Of a stretch of 64,000 bases of DNA, positions 18,849 through 28,700 are shown one piece after another. The notes beneath the pieces were generated by a model. That model saw only the letters and a list, made by a program, of their open reading frames with translations. It did not search any database and was not told where the DNA came from. The DNA is from Dehalococcoidia bacterium (GTDB lineage Bacteria > Chloroflexota > Dehalococcoidia > Dehalococcoidales > BS750m-G39): NCBI GenBank assembly GCA_030608005.1, contig JAUWIX010000003.1, positions 4,627 through 68,626 on the forward strand, in the 5' to 3' direction. Made by a program: the position numbers and the translations under genes. Each line of letters opens with the position of its first letter. Position 1 is the first letter of the stretch.

Positions 18849-19202
18849 CTAGGTATCCAAAATGCCTCTCTCTATCTCCATTATAGAGTGGCTTTTGCTG
18901 CCAAGCTTTCCCATTAGTATCTCTGCTGCCTTCTCCGGCTGGACGGAGTTGCCGCAAGTGAAAATGTCAGCAGCGGCATAGCCATATTCCGGCCAGGTAT
19001 GAATACAGAGGTGAGATTCAGCGATAATCACCACCCCACTCACCCCCTGGGGATTAAATTGATGGAAGGATTCCCCTAACACTATAGCCCCTGCCTCACC
19101 TGCTGCCGTTATCAGAGCCCCTCTGAGAAAGCCTACATCGTTTAACACCTCCTTATTGCAGCCCTTCAGTTCCAAGAGTAAATGCTTTCCTAGTGCATTC
19201 AA
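18849..19202 (-). CDS. speH: S-adenosylmethionine decarboxylase proenzyme (pyruvoyl, small bacterial/archaeal type)
   Basis: IIAESHLCIHTWPE contains the self-cleavage Glu-Ser site. The protein is 117 aa and lies directly upstream of speE. Confidence 0.85.
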   Translation of the reverse strand: MNALGKHLLLELKGCNKEVLNDVGFLRGALITAAGEAGAIVLGESFHQFNPQGVSGVVIIAESHLCIHTWPEYGYAAADIFTCGNSVQPEKAAEILMGKLGSKSHSIMEIERGILDT

Positions 19203-19445
19203 TCACCTGCCCTCCTTAGAAAATTTACTCCATGCCCAGTCTCTAAGTCAAACCAAGCACAAAACAGATTGTATAACAATGTGCATACTTTTATCAATAC
19301 CTTAACAAATAAGTTCCCCCTCCTCACTAAAAGGGGAAGGGGGCAGGTGGATAGGTTGCTAAAAAAGTCTCAGATAGGTTATCTTCGGTTTTGGTTGACA
19401 GGGTTTGTAAAAGTCACTATATTGCGTGTTGCAAGGTAATGACCT

Positions 19446-19577
19446 ATGTTCCGCTTAAACATAATTCTTTCCATCATAGCTGGTGTCGCCTTTACGGGTG
19501 TTCTCTTAGGTATATCAAATGCCACTGGTGGAGTTGACCTACTAGGCGAGTTTATGGCTGGTCTGAAGACACGATAA
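19446..19577 (+). CDS. Candidate 43-aa single-pass membrane peptide behind a near-consensus promoter
   Basis: The promoter is TTGACA (19395-19400), 17 nt, TATATT (19418-19423). The ORF MFRLNIILSIIAGVAFTGVLLGISNATGGVDLLGEFMAGLKTR has AAGG 9 nt upstream. The region is AT-rich. The call is speculative. Confidence 0.25.
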   Translation: MFRLNIILSIIAGVAFTGVLLGISNATGGVDLLGEFMAGLKTR

Positions 19578-19761
19578 AAACTCTTAATACAGCAATAAAT
19601 ATTGAATCTCAAATCTCCATAATCATTTTATTTATTGATATGGTTGTCTTTGGTATTTACAAACTTATTAAAAGTATTTTTTAAGTTTTCATGCTTTGAC
19701 AACCAAAGTAATAAATCTTGTTTGTATCTGTTACCCAAGTAGAAACTCCAGATTGAAAATA

Positions 19762-19790
19762 TTGAAATAACCAAATAAAAGTGGTATAAT
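19762..19790 (+). promoter_or_regulatory. pyr operon promoter (extended -10)
   Basis: TTGAAA (19762-19767), a 17-nt spacer ending in TGg, then TATAAT (19785-19790). Confidence 0.6.
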
Positions 19791-19825
19791 ATTAGTTTAA
19801 TAAGAATCAAAAAGGGACCTTTAAG

Positions 19826-19906
19826 CTGGTCCGGAGAGGCTGGCAAGGGGGAATGGCTAAAGTCAAGGAGTAAGACCTCTTGCCAGCTAAGCAAGAGGTT
19901 AATTTT
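19826..19906 (+). promoter_or_regulatory. PyrR-binding attenuator (binding loop, antiterminator, terminator)
   Basis: GGTCCGGAGAGGCTGGCAAGG matches the PyrR box (..UCCAGAGAGGCU..). GCTGGCAAG (19839-19847) can pair with CTTGCCAGC (19879-19887). The competing terminator is CCTCTTGC (19876-19883)/GCAAGAGG (19891-19898) followed by TTAATTTT. Confidence 0.75.
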
Positions 19907-20515
19907 ATGTCAAGAAAAATCATAATGACCCAAGAAGATATCAGGCGAACCCTGGCTCGGATTGCCCACGAGATTATAGAGCGAAACAAAGTTATTGAGC
20001 ATCTGATACTGGTTGGCATGCATACCCGTGGAGTGCCTCTGGCTAAGCGTCTAGCCGCCAACATAGAGGACTTTGCAGGACTGAAGATACCGGTGGGAGC
20101 TTTAGACATCAGCCTTTATCGAGATGACCTTTCTTCACTAAATCTGCAGCCTGTGGTCAAACGCACCGATATCCCTGCCGATATTGAGGGCAAATCCGTA
20201 GTGTTAGTTGACGATGTTCTATATACCGGACGCAGCACTAGAGCAGCTATGGATGCCCTTACCGACATGGGGCGACCTCAGCTAATCCAGTTAGCTGTGC
20301 TGGTTGACCGGGGCCACCGTGAGATGCCAATACGGGCTGACTACATAGGTAAGAACTTGCCCAGCTCCAGACAGGAGGAGATACAAGTCAAATTGGAAGA
20401 AACCGATGGCAAGGATGAAGTGCTCATCAAAAGCATGGCTAACAACAAGCCCCTAAGCAGTGTATTGAAGAAGGGAGGGCACTCAGAAAGGAGTTATTAT
20501 GACTCTGGCAAATAG
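19907..20515 (+). CDS. pyrR: Bifunctional pyr operon regulator / uracil phosphoribosyltransferase PyrR
   Basis: It has the PRPP-binding motif [17 protein letters not shown]. The ATG at 19907 lies immediately after the attenuator, whereas the tracked TTG start at 19880 lies inside the terminator stem. Confidence 0.9.
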   Translation: MSRKIIMTQEDIRRTLARIAHEIIERNKVIEHLILVGMHTRGVPLAKRLAANIEDFAGLKIPVGALDISLYRDDLSSLNLQPVVKRTDIPADIEGKSVVLVDDVLYTGRSTRAAMDALTDMGRPQLIQLAVLVDRGHREMPIRADYIGKNLPSSRQEEIQVKLEETDGKDEVLIKSMANNKPLSSVLKKGGHSERSYYDSGK

Positions 20516-21947
20516 AAGCCTGGTGACCATAGATGATTTATCTAATAGGGAAATAGAGGCACTTTTCTCCCTAGCCGATGAGATGTCAGAATCGATGAGT
20601 GAGCAGTCCAACGTTTGCCAGGGTAAAATCTTGGCCAGCCTGTTTTTCGAGCCCAGCACCAGGACACGGCTGTCATTTGAGACAGCCATGCACCGCCTTG
20701 GGGGCAGGGTCATAAGCGCAGTTGACATAGGAGCAACCTCACTGGCTAAAGGTGAAAGCATTGCTGATATGGCCAGGGTAGTTGGAAGTTACGCTGACAT
20801 AATTGTCATCCGGCACCCCTGGGAGGGGGCCGCCAAAATAGTCGCTGACTATGCTGGCGTACCGGTAATAAATGCTGGAGATGGAGGGCATCAACATCCA
20901 ACCCAGACCTTGTGTGACCTTTATACCATCAAGAAAGAGAGGCAAACTATCAAAGGGCTGAGGATTGCCCTGTGGGGAGACCTGAAATACGGACGAACCA
21001 TACATTCCCTAATCTTCGCTCTGGCTAGGTTCGGTGCCACCGTTCTCTTTCATCCAGCACCGGGTCTTGAGGTACCAAACCATGTTATTGAGAAATTAGC
21101 CACAGAATATGGTGGGGAGTTGAAAAGGTATCAAGCTCCAGACCAAGCGGTTAAAGGGGAACTCTTCCCTCTGGATGCTATATACATAACTCCGATCAGC
21201 CCACATCAACTGGCAATGATACCCGACATCAGTATTCAAGTGGAACTGAAGACAGGTGTTGATGCCCTTTATGTTACCAGACCGCAAAAGGAGAGATTTG
21301 CCACTGCTGAAGAAGAGCAAGACCTAAACAAGCACTACCCAGTGGTGGATAAGAAACTCCTTAAACAAAAGGAGTTTAAGAAAACCCTGGTCTTGCACCC
21401 GCTTCCTCGTGTTGATGAGCTAGCCTATGAACTGGATGCCGACCCGCGGAGCATGTACTTTAAACAGGCAGCACGGGGAGTACCGATCAGGATGGCACTT
21501 ATAGCCCTTTTGCTGGGAAGTAAAGAGGTTTCCCTTCCCAAAGAAGCTGATTCTTTTGCTCAAAAAATAGACTACCTTCCATATACACGGGATTACGGGG
21601 TCAGGTGTCCCAACCCAAGATGCGCGTCAGTGCAGGAAACCGAATCAAAGTATATTAAGCCTGAGTTCAAAATAGTGAGGCGGGAGCCTCTGACTCTGAG
21701 GTGTATCTATTGTGAGCACGGATTCGAGCCGAGATATATCGCCAGTTCAGATTGGCACGAAGGCAGATTGGATACTAAGAAATACCACAGCGCTGACAGC
21801 CATTGGATTAAAAAAATTAAACCCGAGAATCTTATCATTTTCAACTCAGAAAGTGAAGCCGAGGCTCACGGTTTCAAACCCAGCTCCTACGCCAAAAAGC
21901 ATCACGGGGGAAACGATGACAAAGGAAAGAGGGGTAAAAAGCGATGA
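20499..21947 (+). CDS. pyrB: Aspartate carbamoyltransferase catalytic chain fused to a PyrI-type zinc domain and a C-terminal extension
   Basis: It has [13 protein letters not shown] and HPLPR motifs. After about residue 345 comes [11 protein letters not shown]...[10 protein letters not shown] (the PyrI Zn-domain pattern), followed by a roughly 70-aa basic tail. Confidence 0.9.
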   Translation: MTLANRSLVTIDDLSNREIEALFSLADEMSESMSEQSNVCQGKILASLFFEPSTRTRLSFETAMHRLGGRVISAVDIGATSLAKGESIADMARVVGSYADIIVIRHPWEGAAKIVADYAGVPVINAGDGGHQHPTQTLCDLYTIKKERQTIKGLRIALWGDLKYGRTIHSLIFALARFGATVLFHPAPGLEVPNHVIEKLATEYGGELKRYQAPDQAVKGELFPLDAIYITPISPHQLAMIPDISIQVELKTGVDALYVTRPQKERFATAEEEQDLNKHYPVVDKKLLKQKEFKKTLVLHPLPRVDELAYELDADPRSMYFKQAARGVPIRMALIALLLGSKEVSLPKEADSFAQKIDYLPYTRDYGVRCPNPRCASVQETESKYIKPEFKIVRREPLTLRCIYCEHGFEPRYIASSDWHEGRLDTKKYHSADSHWIKKIKPENLIIFNSESEAEAHGFKPSSYAKKHHGGNDDKGKRGKKR

Positions 21948-23260
21948 AGCCCTTGCTTATTCAAGGTGGTCGAATAATTGACCCCAGTCAGGGGATAGAT
22001 GGAACCGGCAGTTTGCTTATCACTGAAGGCAAAATCTCATGGCTGGGCAAGGGAGAGGCAGCCCCACCCCAGCCAGACTATGCTGTCCTTTATGCCCAAG
22101 GGCTAATCGTCTGCCCTGGATTTGTCGACCTACATTGCCATCTTAGACAGCCCGGATTTGAGAAGAAGGAGACCATTGCTACTGGAACCAAAGCAGCAGC
22201 TAGAGGTGGCTTTACTACCATCTGCTGTATGCCCAACACCAATCCACCCCTGGATAATCAGACCGCCGTTGAGTACGTAAAATCAACGGCAGCTTCAGAA
22301 GGAGCGGTCCGAGTTCTACCCATAGGCTGCATCTCCAAGGGTAGAAAGGGGCAGGAGCTAGCTGAGATGGGCGAGCTGGCTTCAGCCGGGGTAATTGCCT
22401 TTAGTGATGACGGCGAACCAGCGCTAAATTCACACCTTATGCGCCAGGCACTAGATTATAGCCGTGCCTTTGACCTGCCAATTATCGACCACTGTGAGGA
22501 CAAAACCCTCACTGAGGGCGGGCAGATGAACGAAGGCATAATATCAACCAAGCTGGGCCTTCACGGGATACCAAATGCCGCTGAGGACATTATAGTGGCT
22601 CGTGACCTGGCTCTGGCTCAACTGACTGGGGGTCGGCTACACATCGCCCATACCACTACCGAGGGCTCGGTTGACCTCATTCGTCGTGCTAAGGAAAAAG
22701 GCATCAAGGTTACCGCCGAGGTTACACCTCACCACCTGACCCTGACCGAGGAGAGGGTTATCGGCTATGATACCAATGCCAAGGTAAATCCACCACTAAG
22801 AACCAAACGGGACATCCAAGCCCTAATTCAAGGGCTTAACGATAATACCATTGATATTATTGCCACTGACCACGCTCCCCACACTGAAGCGGATAAGCTC
22901 TGTGAGTTTGACCTCGCCCCCTTTGGCATCAGTGGCTTTGAAACCGCCCTGGGCAGTCTTATGAGCCTGGTGCACGCTGGGCAATTAACCTTGGTCGCCC
23001 TCATCGCCAAGCTTACCCATGAACCAGCCAAGATTATAGGCGATAAATATGGCAAGCTGGGGACTCTAGCCATTGGAGTCTCAGCCGATGTTACCCTCTT
23101 TGACCCCGATAGGGAATGGATAGTAGATACCAAGGCTTTTGCCTCAAAAGGCAAGAATACCCCTTTGGCTGGCGAGAGGCTCAAAGGCAAGGTAATGGCA
23201 ACCATATCTCAGGGAAAGCTAGTCTATAAAGATGAGCCTATTACTGTGGAGGAGAGTTAA
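21944..23260 (+). CDS. pyrC: Dihydroorotase
   Basis: It carries DLHCHLRQPG (HxH) and ATDHAPH motifs and has an ATGA overlap with pyrB. Confidence 0.9.
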   Translation: MKPLLIQGGRIIDPSQGIDGTGSLLITEGKISWLGKGEAAPPQPDYAVLYAQGLIVCPGFVDLHCHLRQPGFEKKETIATGTKAAARGGFTTICCMPNTNPPLDNQTAVEYVKSTAASEGAVRVLPIGCISKGRKGQELAEMGELASAGVIAFSDDGEPALNSHLMRQALDYSRAFDLPIIDHCEDKTLTEGGQMNEGIISTKLGLHGIPNAAEDIIVARDLALAQLTGGRLHIAHTTTEGSVDLIRRAKEKGIKVTAEVTPHHLTLTEERVIGYDTNAKVNPPLRTKRDIQALIQGLNDNTIDIIATDHAPHTEADKLCEFDLAPFGISGFETALGSLMSLVHAGQLTLVALIAKLTHEPAKIIGDKYGKLGTLAIGVSADVTLFDPDREWIVDTKAFASKGKNTPLAGERLKGKVMATISQGKLVYKDEPITVEES

Positions 23261-23325
23261 AGAGGGGCTTTGCCCCTCTTAAGAGAAAATCTTCCCCTTC
23301 CCCTTAACAATGGGATAGGGTTGAT
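23261..23325. repeat. Repeat cluster R5 (C-unit plus reversed degenerate B-unit)
   Basis: agaggggctttgcccctct lies at 23261-23279, immediately after the pyrC stop. cttccccttcccctt...gggatagggttga is the reverse complement of the B-unit left part. Confidence 0.75.
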
Positions 23326-23328
23326 GAG

Positions 23329-24423
23329 ATGACTAAAAAGGCAGTACTGGTCTTAGCAGATAGCTCGGTTTATGAAGGTTACTCCTTCGGTGCTGAGGCT
23401 GATGCCTATGGTGAGGTGGTATTCAATACCAGTATGGTGGGGTATCAAGAGATGCTAACCGACCCCTCTTATGCCGGGCAGATTGTAGTTCCCACCTACC
23501 CCCTTATCGGAAACTACGGCATCAATGAGCAGGACTTTGAATCAAATAAAATACAGGTCAAGGGCTTGGTGGTAAGGGAGGAGTGCTACCAGCCCAATCA
23601 CTATCTGAGCACCAAAACGCTTCATCAATATCTGGCTGAAAATGGCATACCGGGGATAAGTGGTGTTGATACCAGGGCTATTACCCGCAAACTTCGCTCG
23701 GTGGGGGTAATGATGGGGATTATTACCCATAATAAAACTGCGCAACAGGTTCTAGAAGAATTAAAGAGCTTGCCCGACTATGGTTCAACCGACTTTGTAA
23801 AGCAGGTTACTACCGATGCCCCCTATGAGTGGGAGCCAGAATCAACTGGAGAAGCATCTTTATGTAAAATTGTAGTCCTTGATTGCGGCTTGAAATACAG
23901 CATACTGCGCATGATGCGGAGTATGGGTTACACGCTGACGGTAGTCCCCGGCACTTCCTCCGCCGAGGAAATCCTTGAGCTGAAACCTGACGGTGTTCTT
24001 CTCTCTCCCGGTCCGGGTAATCCTGAAGTATTGGATTACATAGTGGATACGGTCAAAAAACTCATTGGCAAAAAGCCGATGATGGGTATCTGCATGGGGC
24101 ATCTTATCTTGGGGAGGGTGTTTGGCGCCAAGACCTTCAAGCTGAAGTTTGGACACCGCGGGGTTAATCACCCCGTCCGGGACTTGAGTAACGGGCGAAT
24201 CCACATTACTGCCCAGAACCACGGCTACGCCGTTGACCCTGACAGCCTCAAAAATGACTTGGAGGTAACCCATATAAATCTAAACGATGGCACGGTGGAG
24301 GGCTTGCGTCACAAGGAGCTACCCATCTTCTCCATCCAGTATCACTCCGAAGCCTCCCCCGGACCGTGGGACAATACCTACCTCTTTGGGAAGTTTCTGG
24401 AGATGGTGGAGGAGGCGAAGTGA
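23329..24423 (+). CDS. carA: Carbamoyl-phosphate synthase small (glutaminase) subunit
   Basis: 364 aa with the catalytic Cys motif GICMGHLIL and a class-I amidotransferase C-terminus. Confidence 0.9.
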   Translation: MTKKAVLVLADSSVYEGYSFGAEADAYGEVVFNTSMVGYQEMLTDPSYAGQIVVPTYPLIGNYGINEQDFESNKIQVKGLVVREECYQPNHYLSTKTLHQYLAENGIPGISGVDTRAITRKLRSVGVMMGIITHNKTAQQVLEELKSLPDYGSTDFVKQVTTDAPYEWEPESTGEASLCKIVVLDCGLKYSILRMMRSMGYTLTVVPGTSSAEEILELKPDGVLLSPGPGNPEVLDYIVDTVKKLIGKKPMMGICMGHLILGRVFGAKTFKLKFGHRGVNHPVRDLSNGRIHITAQNHGYAVDPDSLKNDLEVTHINLNDGTVEGLRHKELPIFSIQYHSEASPGPWDNTYLFGKFLEMVEEAK

Positions 24424-24435
24424 ATACAGGGATTT

Positions 24436-24540
24436 TTAGAGGGGCTTCGCCCCCGTTTAGTGGTAACCCTATCCCCTTTATCCCCTTCCCCTTATCAAGG
24501 GGAAGGGGAGTTAATAGAAAGAGAGGCTTCGCCTCTCTAA
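24436..24540. repeat. Repeat cluster R6 (C-, B-, C'-units)
   Basis: It contains agaggggcttcgcccc, then taaccctatcccctttatccccttcccctt-atca-aggggaagggga (24464-24509), then aagagaggcttcgcctctctaa. Confidence 0.8.
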
Positions 24541-24579
24541 AACTCTCCTGAATAGGAGGGACAGTGAGGGAGGATAACA

Positions 24580-24723
24580 GTGTCTTTACTTTTAAAGGGA
24601 TTTGCCGAAGAAGACCGTAAAGTTCTACTGGGGATGCAAAAACGGTCAAATGTAGCTCTTTGCTTTTCCATAGCCAGTCTTATTGTATCCATTGCAGCTA
24701 TAATCATTGCCATATGGAGGTAA
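24580..24723 (+). CDS. Candidate 47-aa single-pass membrane peptide (below the ORF-track size cutoff)
   Basis: A GTG at 24580 follows GAGGGAGG. The product is VSLLLKGFAEEDRKVLLGMQKRSNVALCFSIASLIVSIAAIIIAIWR. It lies between two repeat clusters. Confidence 0.3.
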   Translation: MSLLLKGFAEEDRKVLLGMQKRSNVALCFSIASLIVSIAAIIIAIWR

Positions 24724-24733
24724 AAGGAAGTCC

Positions 24734-24807
24734 GAGAGGGGCGAAGCCCCTCTCACCCAAAACCTCCCCCTCTCCTTCAAAGGAGAGGGGGATTAAGGGG
24801 GTGAGGT
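24734..24807. repeat. Repeat cluster R7 (C-unit plus full A-unit)
   Basis: gagaggggcgaagcccctctc lies at 24734-24754. ctccccctctcc-ttcaaa-ggagaggggga+ttaagggggtgaggt lies at 24764-24807, ending 8 nt before the ATG at 24816. Confidence 0.85.
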
Positions 24808-24815
24808 AGAAAAAG

Positions 24816-25757
24816 ATGGATAAAAATAAGGCCATAGAATTATTAAAACAAGCACTAACTGAGATACCTAAACTAAAAGCGATGCACTATGACAATCAGG
24901 AATTTAAGTTGTGGCTTAACAAAATAGAAACAATAATAAAACATGGCTTTGATGAGGATGACTATAACACTTTCTCGTCAGTTCAGGATAAATATTTTAT
25001 TGACGACTTAGTAGAAGACAACCTTTTACAAGAAGTAGATTATCCCCAAAAGCTAAATAACTTCGAGACTGCTCTGAAATCCATAATACAGAGATACGAG
25101 ATATTAGGGATAGTAGGAGAGGGGGATAAAGGGGGTGAGGTAGAGAAGATGGATTTACTTACAGAATTAATAGAATTTTGTCGGGACTTAAAAAGATATA
25201 GAGATGCATTAATAAACCCTAATTCCATATTAAGAAAGGATAAAAAGGATTACCCTTTTTTAAAAACTACCCTACCGAGAAAAAGAGAAGGTGAATCTAA
25301 GAAATACCCTTTTCTTGAAGAGCTATTACCACAAAAGAGTAAAGAAGAACTAATAGAAGAATTGAGAGAAAAGCTATTATTAGAACACGGTGTACTTAAA
25401 GATGAAATAGCTAAACTTATCAGGCGAACAGACATTAACCAATTCAATAAAACTTGGACTAGAGCTCTAAGTCCCGTATTTGGCACAGGAGAAAATAAAG
25501 ACGCCCTCTCATTATGTATAGATTATTCGCTTGAAGCAATTGGCAGGCTAGATAAAGAAGAGGAGAGACTTTTACAAGAATCACTAGAGAAGCCAAAATA
25601 CAAGAAAGTGAAAGAGGTACAGCAACCTGTCAATAAAGATGAGAAATCTGCATATCAAAAAATTTGGTCGTGGATTAACACACATAGAATTTTAAGCATT
25701 CTAGCTGCTCTTGCAGCAATTGCTACTATTATCAGTGTTGTATTTAGCCTTATATGA
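24816..25757 (+). CDS. Hypothetical low-GC protein with C-terminal transmembrane anchor, inserted between carA and carB
   Basis: 313 aa; hand-counted samples gave about 28-35% G+C. It has an internal in-frame half A-unit (GEGDKGGEVEKM, 25116-25153) and a duplicated K(D/K)YPFL..LP(R/Q)K motif. The C-terminus is ILSILAALAAIATIISVVFSLI. Confidence 0.5.
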   Translation: MDKNKAIELLKQALTEIPKLKAMHYDNQEFKLWLNKIETIIKHGFDEDDYNTFSSVQDKYFIDDLVEDNLLQEVDYPQKLNNFETALKSIIQRYEILGIVGEGDKGGEVEKMDLLTELIEFCRDLKRYRDALINPNSILRKDKKDYPFLKTTLPRKREGESKKYPFLEELLPQKSKEELIEELREKLLLEHGVLKDEIAKLIRRTDINQFNKTWTRALSPVFGTGENKDALSLCIDYSLEAIGRLDKEEERLLQESLEKPKYKKVKEVQQPVNKDEKSAYQKIWSWINTHRILSILAALAAIATIISVVFSLI

Positions 25758-25776
25758 TGGCTTAAAGGAGTAAACT

Positions 25777-28700
25777 TTGACTGAAAAACCATCTAAGGTC
25801 TTAATCATAGGTTCGGGACCCATAATCATCGGGCAGGCGGCGGAGTTTGACTATGCCGGCACCCAAGCGTGCAAGGCGATGAGGGAGGAGGGGGTAATCT
25901 CGGTGCTGGTCAACTCCAACCCAGCCACCATTATGACCGATGAGGGCATCGCTGATGTCGTCTATATTGAGCCGCTGACCGTGGAGATGGTCGGGCGCAT
26001 TATTGAGCGGGAGCGCCCTGACGGATTATTGCCTACCCTTGGCGGGCAGACCGGACTTAACCTGGCCGTAGACCTGGCTAATGCCGGCGTCTTGGATAAA
26101 TATAATGTAAAGAGTCTAGGCACTCCAATACAGACGATAAGAAATGCCGAAGACCGGGAACTATTCAAGCAGTTGATGGCTAAGATTGGTGAGCCAACGC
26201 CACAGAGTGCTACTGTAACCAGCCTCAAGCAGGCAAAGAGGGTAGCCAAAGAAATAGGTCTGCCCTTGATAATTCGTCCTGCTTACACCCTGGGTGGGAC
26301 GGGGGGAGGAATAGCCAACACCTGGGAAGAACTGGATAAGGTTGTAACCGGGGGGCTGGCTGCCAGCCCTATTCACCAGGTACTGCTAGAAAGCTCAGTA
26401 GCCGGCTGGAAGGAAATTGAGTATGAGGTAATGCGAGACGCCGCCGATAACTGCATCACCGTTTGCAATATGGAAAATATTGACCCTATGGGGGTGCATA
26501 CCGGCGATAGCATTGTGGTCGCTCCCAGCCAAACCCTGACCAATAAAGAGTATCAGATGTTGAGGACAGCCAGCCTCAAGATTATTCGCGCTCTGGGTGT
26601 TGAAGGCGGCTGTAATATACAATTTGCCCTTGACCCCAATAGCGATAGCTACTTTGTAATTGAGGTTAACCCCCGGGTCAGCCGTAGCTCAGCCTTAGCC
26701 AGTAAGGCTACTGGCTATCCCATCGCCCGGGTGGCTGCCAAGATAGCTGTGGGCAAGAGGCTGGATGAAATCCCCAACGCAGTAACCGGCAAGACTATGG
26801 CTGCCTTTGAGCCAGCCCTGGACTATTTGGTGGTTAAGATTCCTCGCTGGCCATTTGATAAGTTTGCCTCAGGCGACAGGGTTACTGGGACTCAGATGAA
26901 AGCCACCGGTGAGGTAATGGCTATTGACAGGTGCTTTGAGGCAGCCTTGCAGAAGGCAATACGCTCCCTGGAGTTTGGCAGAAGGTCATTGCTCTGGGAA
27001 GACCCGAAGTGGAAGCTGGGAACAGATATTGATTCCTACCCCCTGGAGCCTAGCGACCTGAGATTGTGGGCATTAATGGCAGCCTTAAGACGGGGGATAA
27101 CTGCTGAAGGGCTATCCGAGCATACCAAGATTGACCTGTGGTTTACCGCCAAGCTCCAGAATATTGTGGATATGGAAAAACAACTCCTGTCTCAGCCACT
27201 GACGCCAGAGCTTCTGTGGCAGGCAAAGCGACTTGGCTTCTCCGATGAGCAGATTGGAACTCTGGCTGACAGACTTCCTGAGCAAGTAAGGCAACTGCGT
27301 CGTAGCTGGAATATCCGCCCCGCTTATAAGATGGTGGATACCTGCGCCGCTGAGTTTGATGCTGGCACCCCCTATTTCTATAGCACCTATGAGCAGGAGA
27401 ATGAGGCTGAGCCGCTTGAGGGAAATAAGGCTATAGTCATCGGCAGCGGTCCTATCCGCATTGGTCAGGGGATTGAATTCGACTACTGCAGCGTTCACTC
27501 GGCATGGGCATTACAGGAATCTGGCTACAAAGCCATTATGGTAAACTCAAACCCGGAAACAGTGTCCACCGATTTTGACACCAGCGACCGCCTATACTTT
27601 GAAGCCCTGGATGAGGAGAGCCTGCGCGATATTCTGGAAAACGAGAGCGGAGCCAGCGATGCTCCACCATCTATAGTCCAGTTTGGTGGTCAGACAGCCA
27701 TTAACCTAGCTGAACCCCTATTTCGTAGCGGGATGCCTCTTCTAGGCTCCAGTGCTGAAGCCATTGACCTGGCTGAGGACAGGCGCAGGTTTGAGAACTT
27801 CCTCAGCGAGTTAGGTATCCCCCAACCGCCAGGAGCCGGAGTAACCTCTATAGATGAAGCCCTCAGCGTGGCTAAGCTTATCGGCTACCCGGTGCTGGTT
27901 CGCCCCAGCTATGTCCTCGGCGGCAGAGCTATGGAAATAGCTCATAGCGCCAGCGAGTTGAGCCGCTACATGAAACTGGCTATGGAACTGGATACCAAGC
28001 ACCCTGTCCTTATAGACAAGTACCTAGAGGGTAAAGAGGTGGAGGTTGACGCCATAGGCGATGGGAAAGATGTTCTCATTCCGGGAATAATGGAGCATAT
28101 TGAACGGGCTGGAGTCCATAGCGGAGATTCAATGGCAGTCTATCCCGGGGTAAACCTGACTGAGCCAGAAGTTGAAACTATTGTTGACTATGCCGTCAAG
28201 GTAGGGCTAGGACTCAAAATCAAGGGCTTGATGAATATCCAGTTCGTCATTATGCCTGGCGGTAATAACCAAGGTTCATCAGTTTATGTATTGGAGGTAA
28301 ACCCCCGGGCTAGCCGCACTATCCCCTTTATCTCTAAGGTTACCGGCGTGCCCATGGTAAATGTGGCTACCAAGGTCATGCTGGGTAAGAGTCTCAAGGA
28401 GCAGGGCTATAACACCGGGCTATGGAAAAGGCAAAAGCTGGTAGGCATTAAAGCCCCGGTTTTTTCCATGTCAAAACTGCTTGGCGTTGACACTTACCTT
28501 GGACCTGAGATGAAGTCCACCGGGGAGGTAATGGGGATTGACTATACCTTTGATGCTGCCTTAGCCAAGGCACTCCAAGCCGCTGGACTGATGCTTCTAC
28601 CCCAAGGGTCTATACTCTTCAGCATCGCTGATAGGGATAAGCCTGAAGCACTACCCATAATCAAGAAGTTCTCTCAGATAGGCTATAAACTCTATGCTAC

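Noticed and set aside
19628-20109. Minus-strand ORFs 19628-19894 and 19807-20109.
   Set aside because: They overlap the pyr promoter, the PyrR attenuator and the 5' end of pyrR on the opposite strand. Their amino-acid composition looks like AT-rich noise and an antisense shadow.
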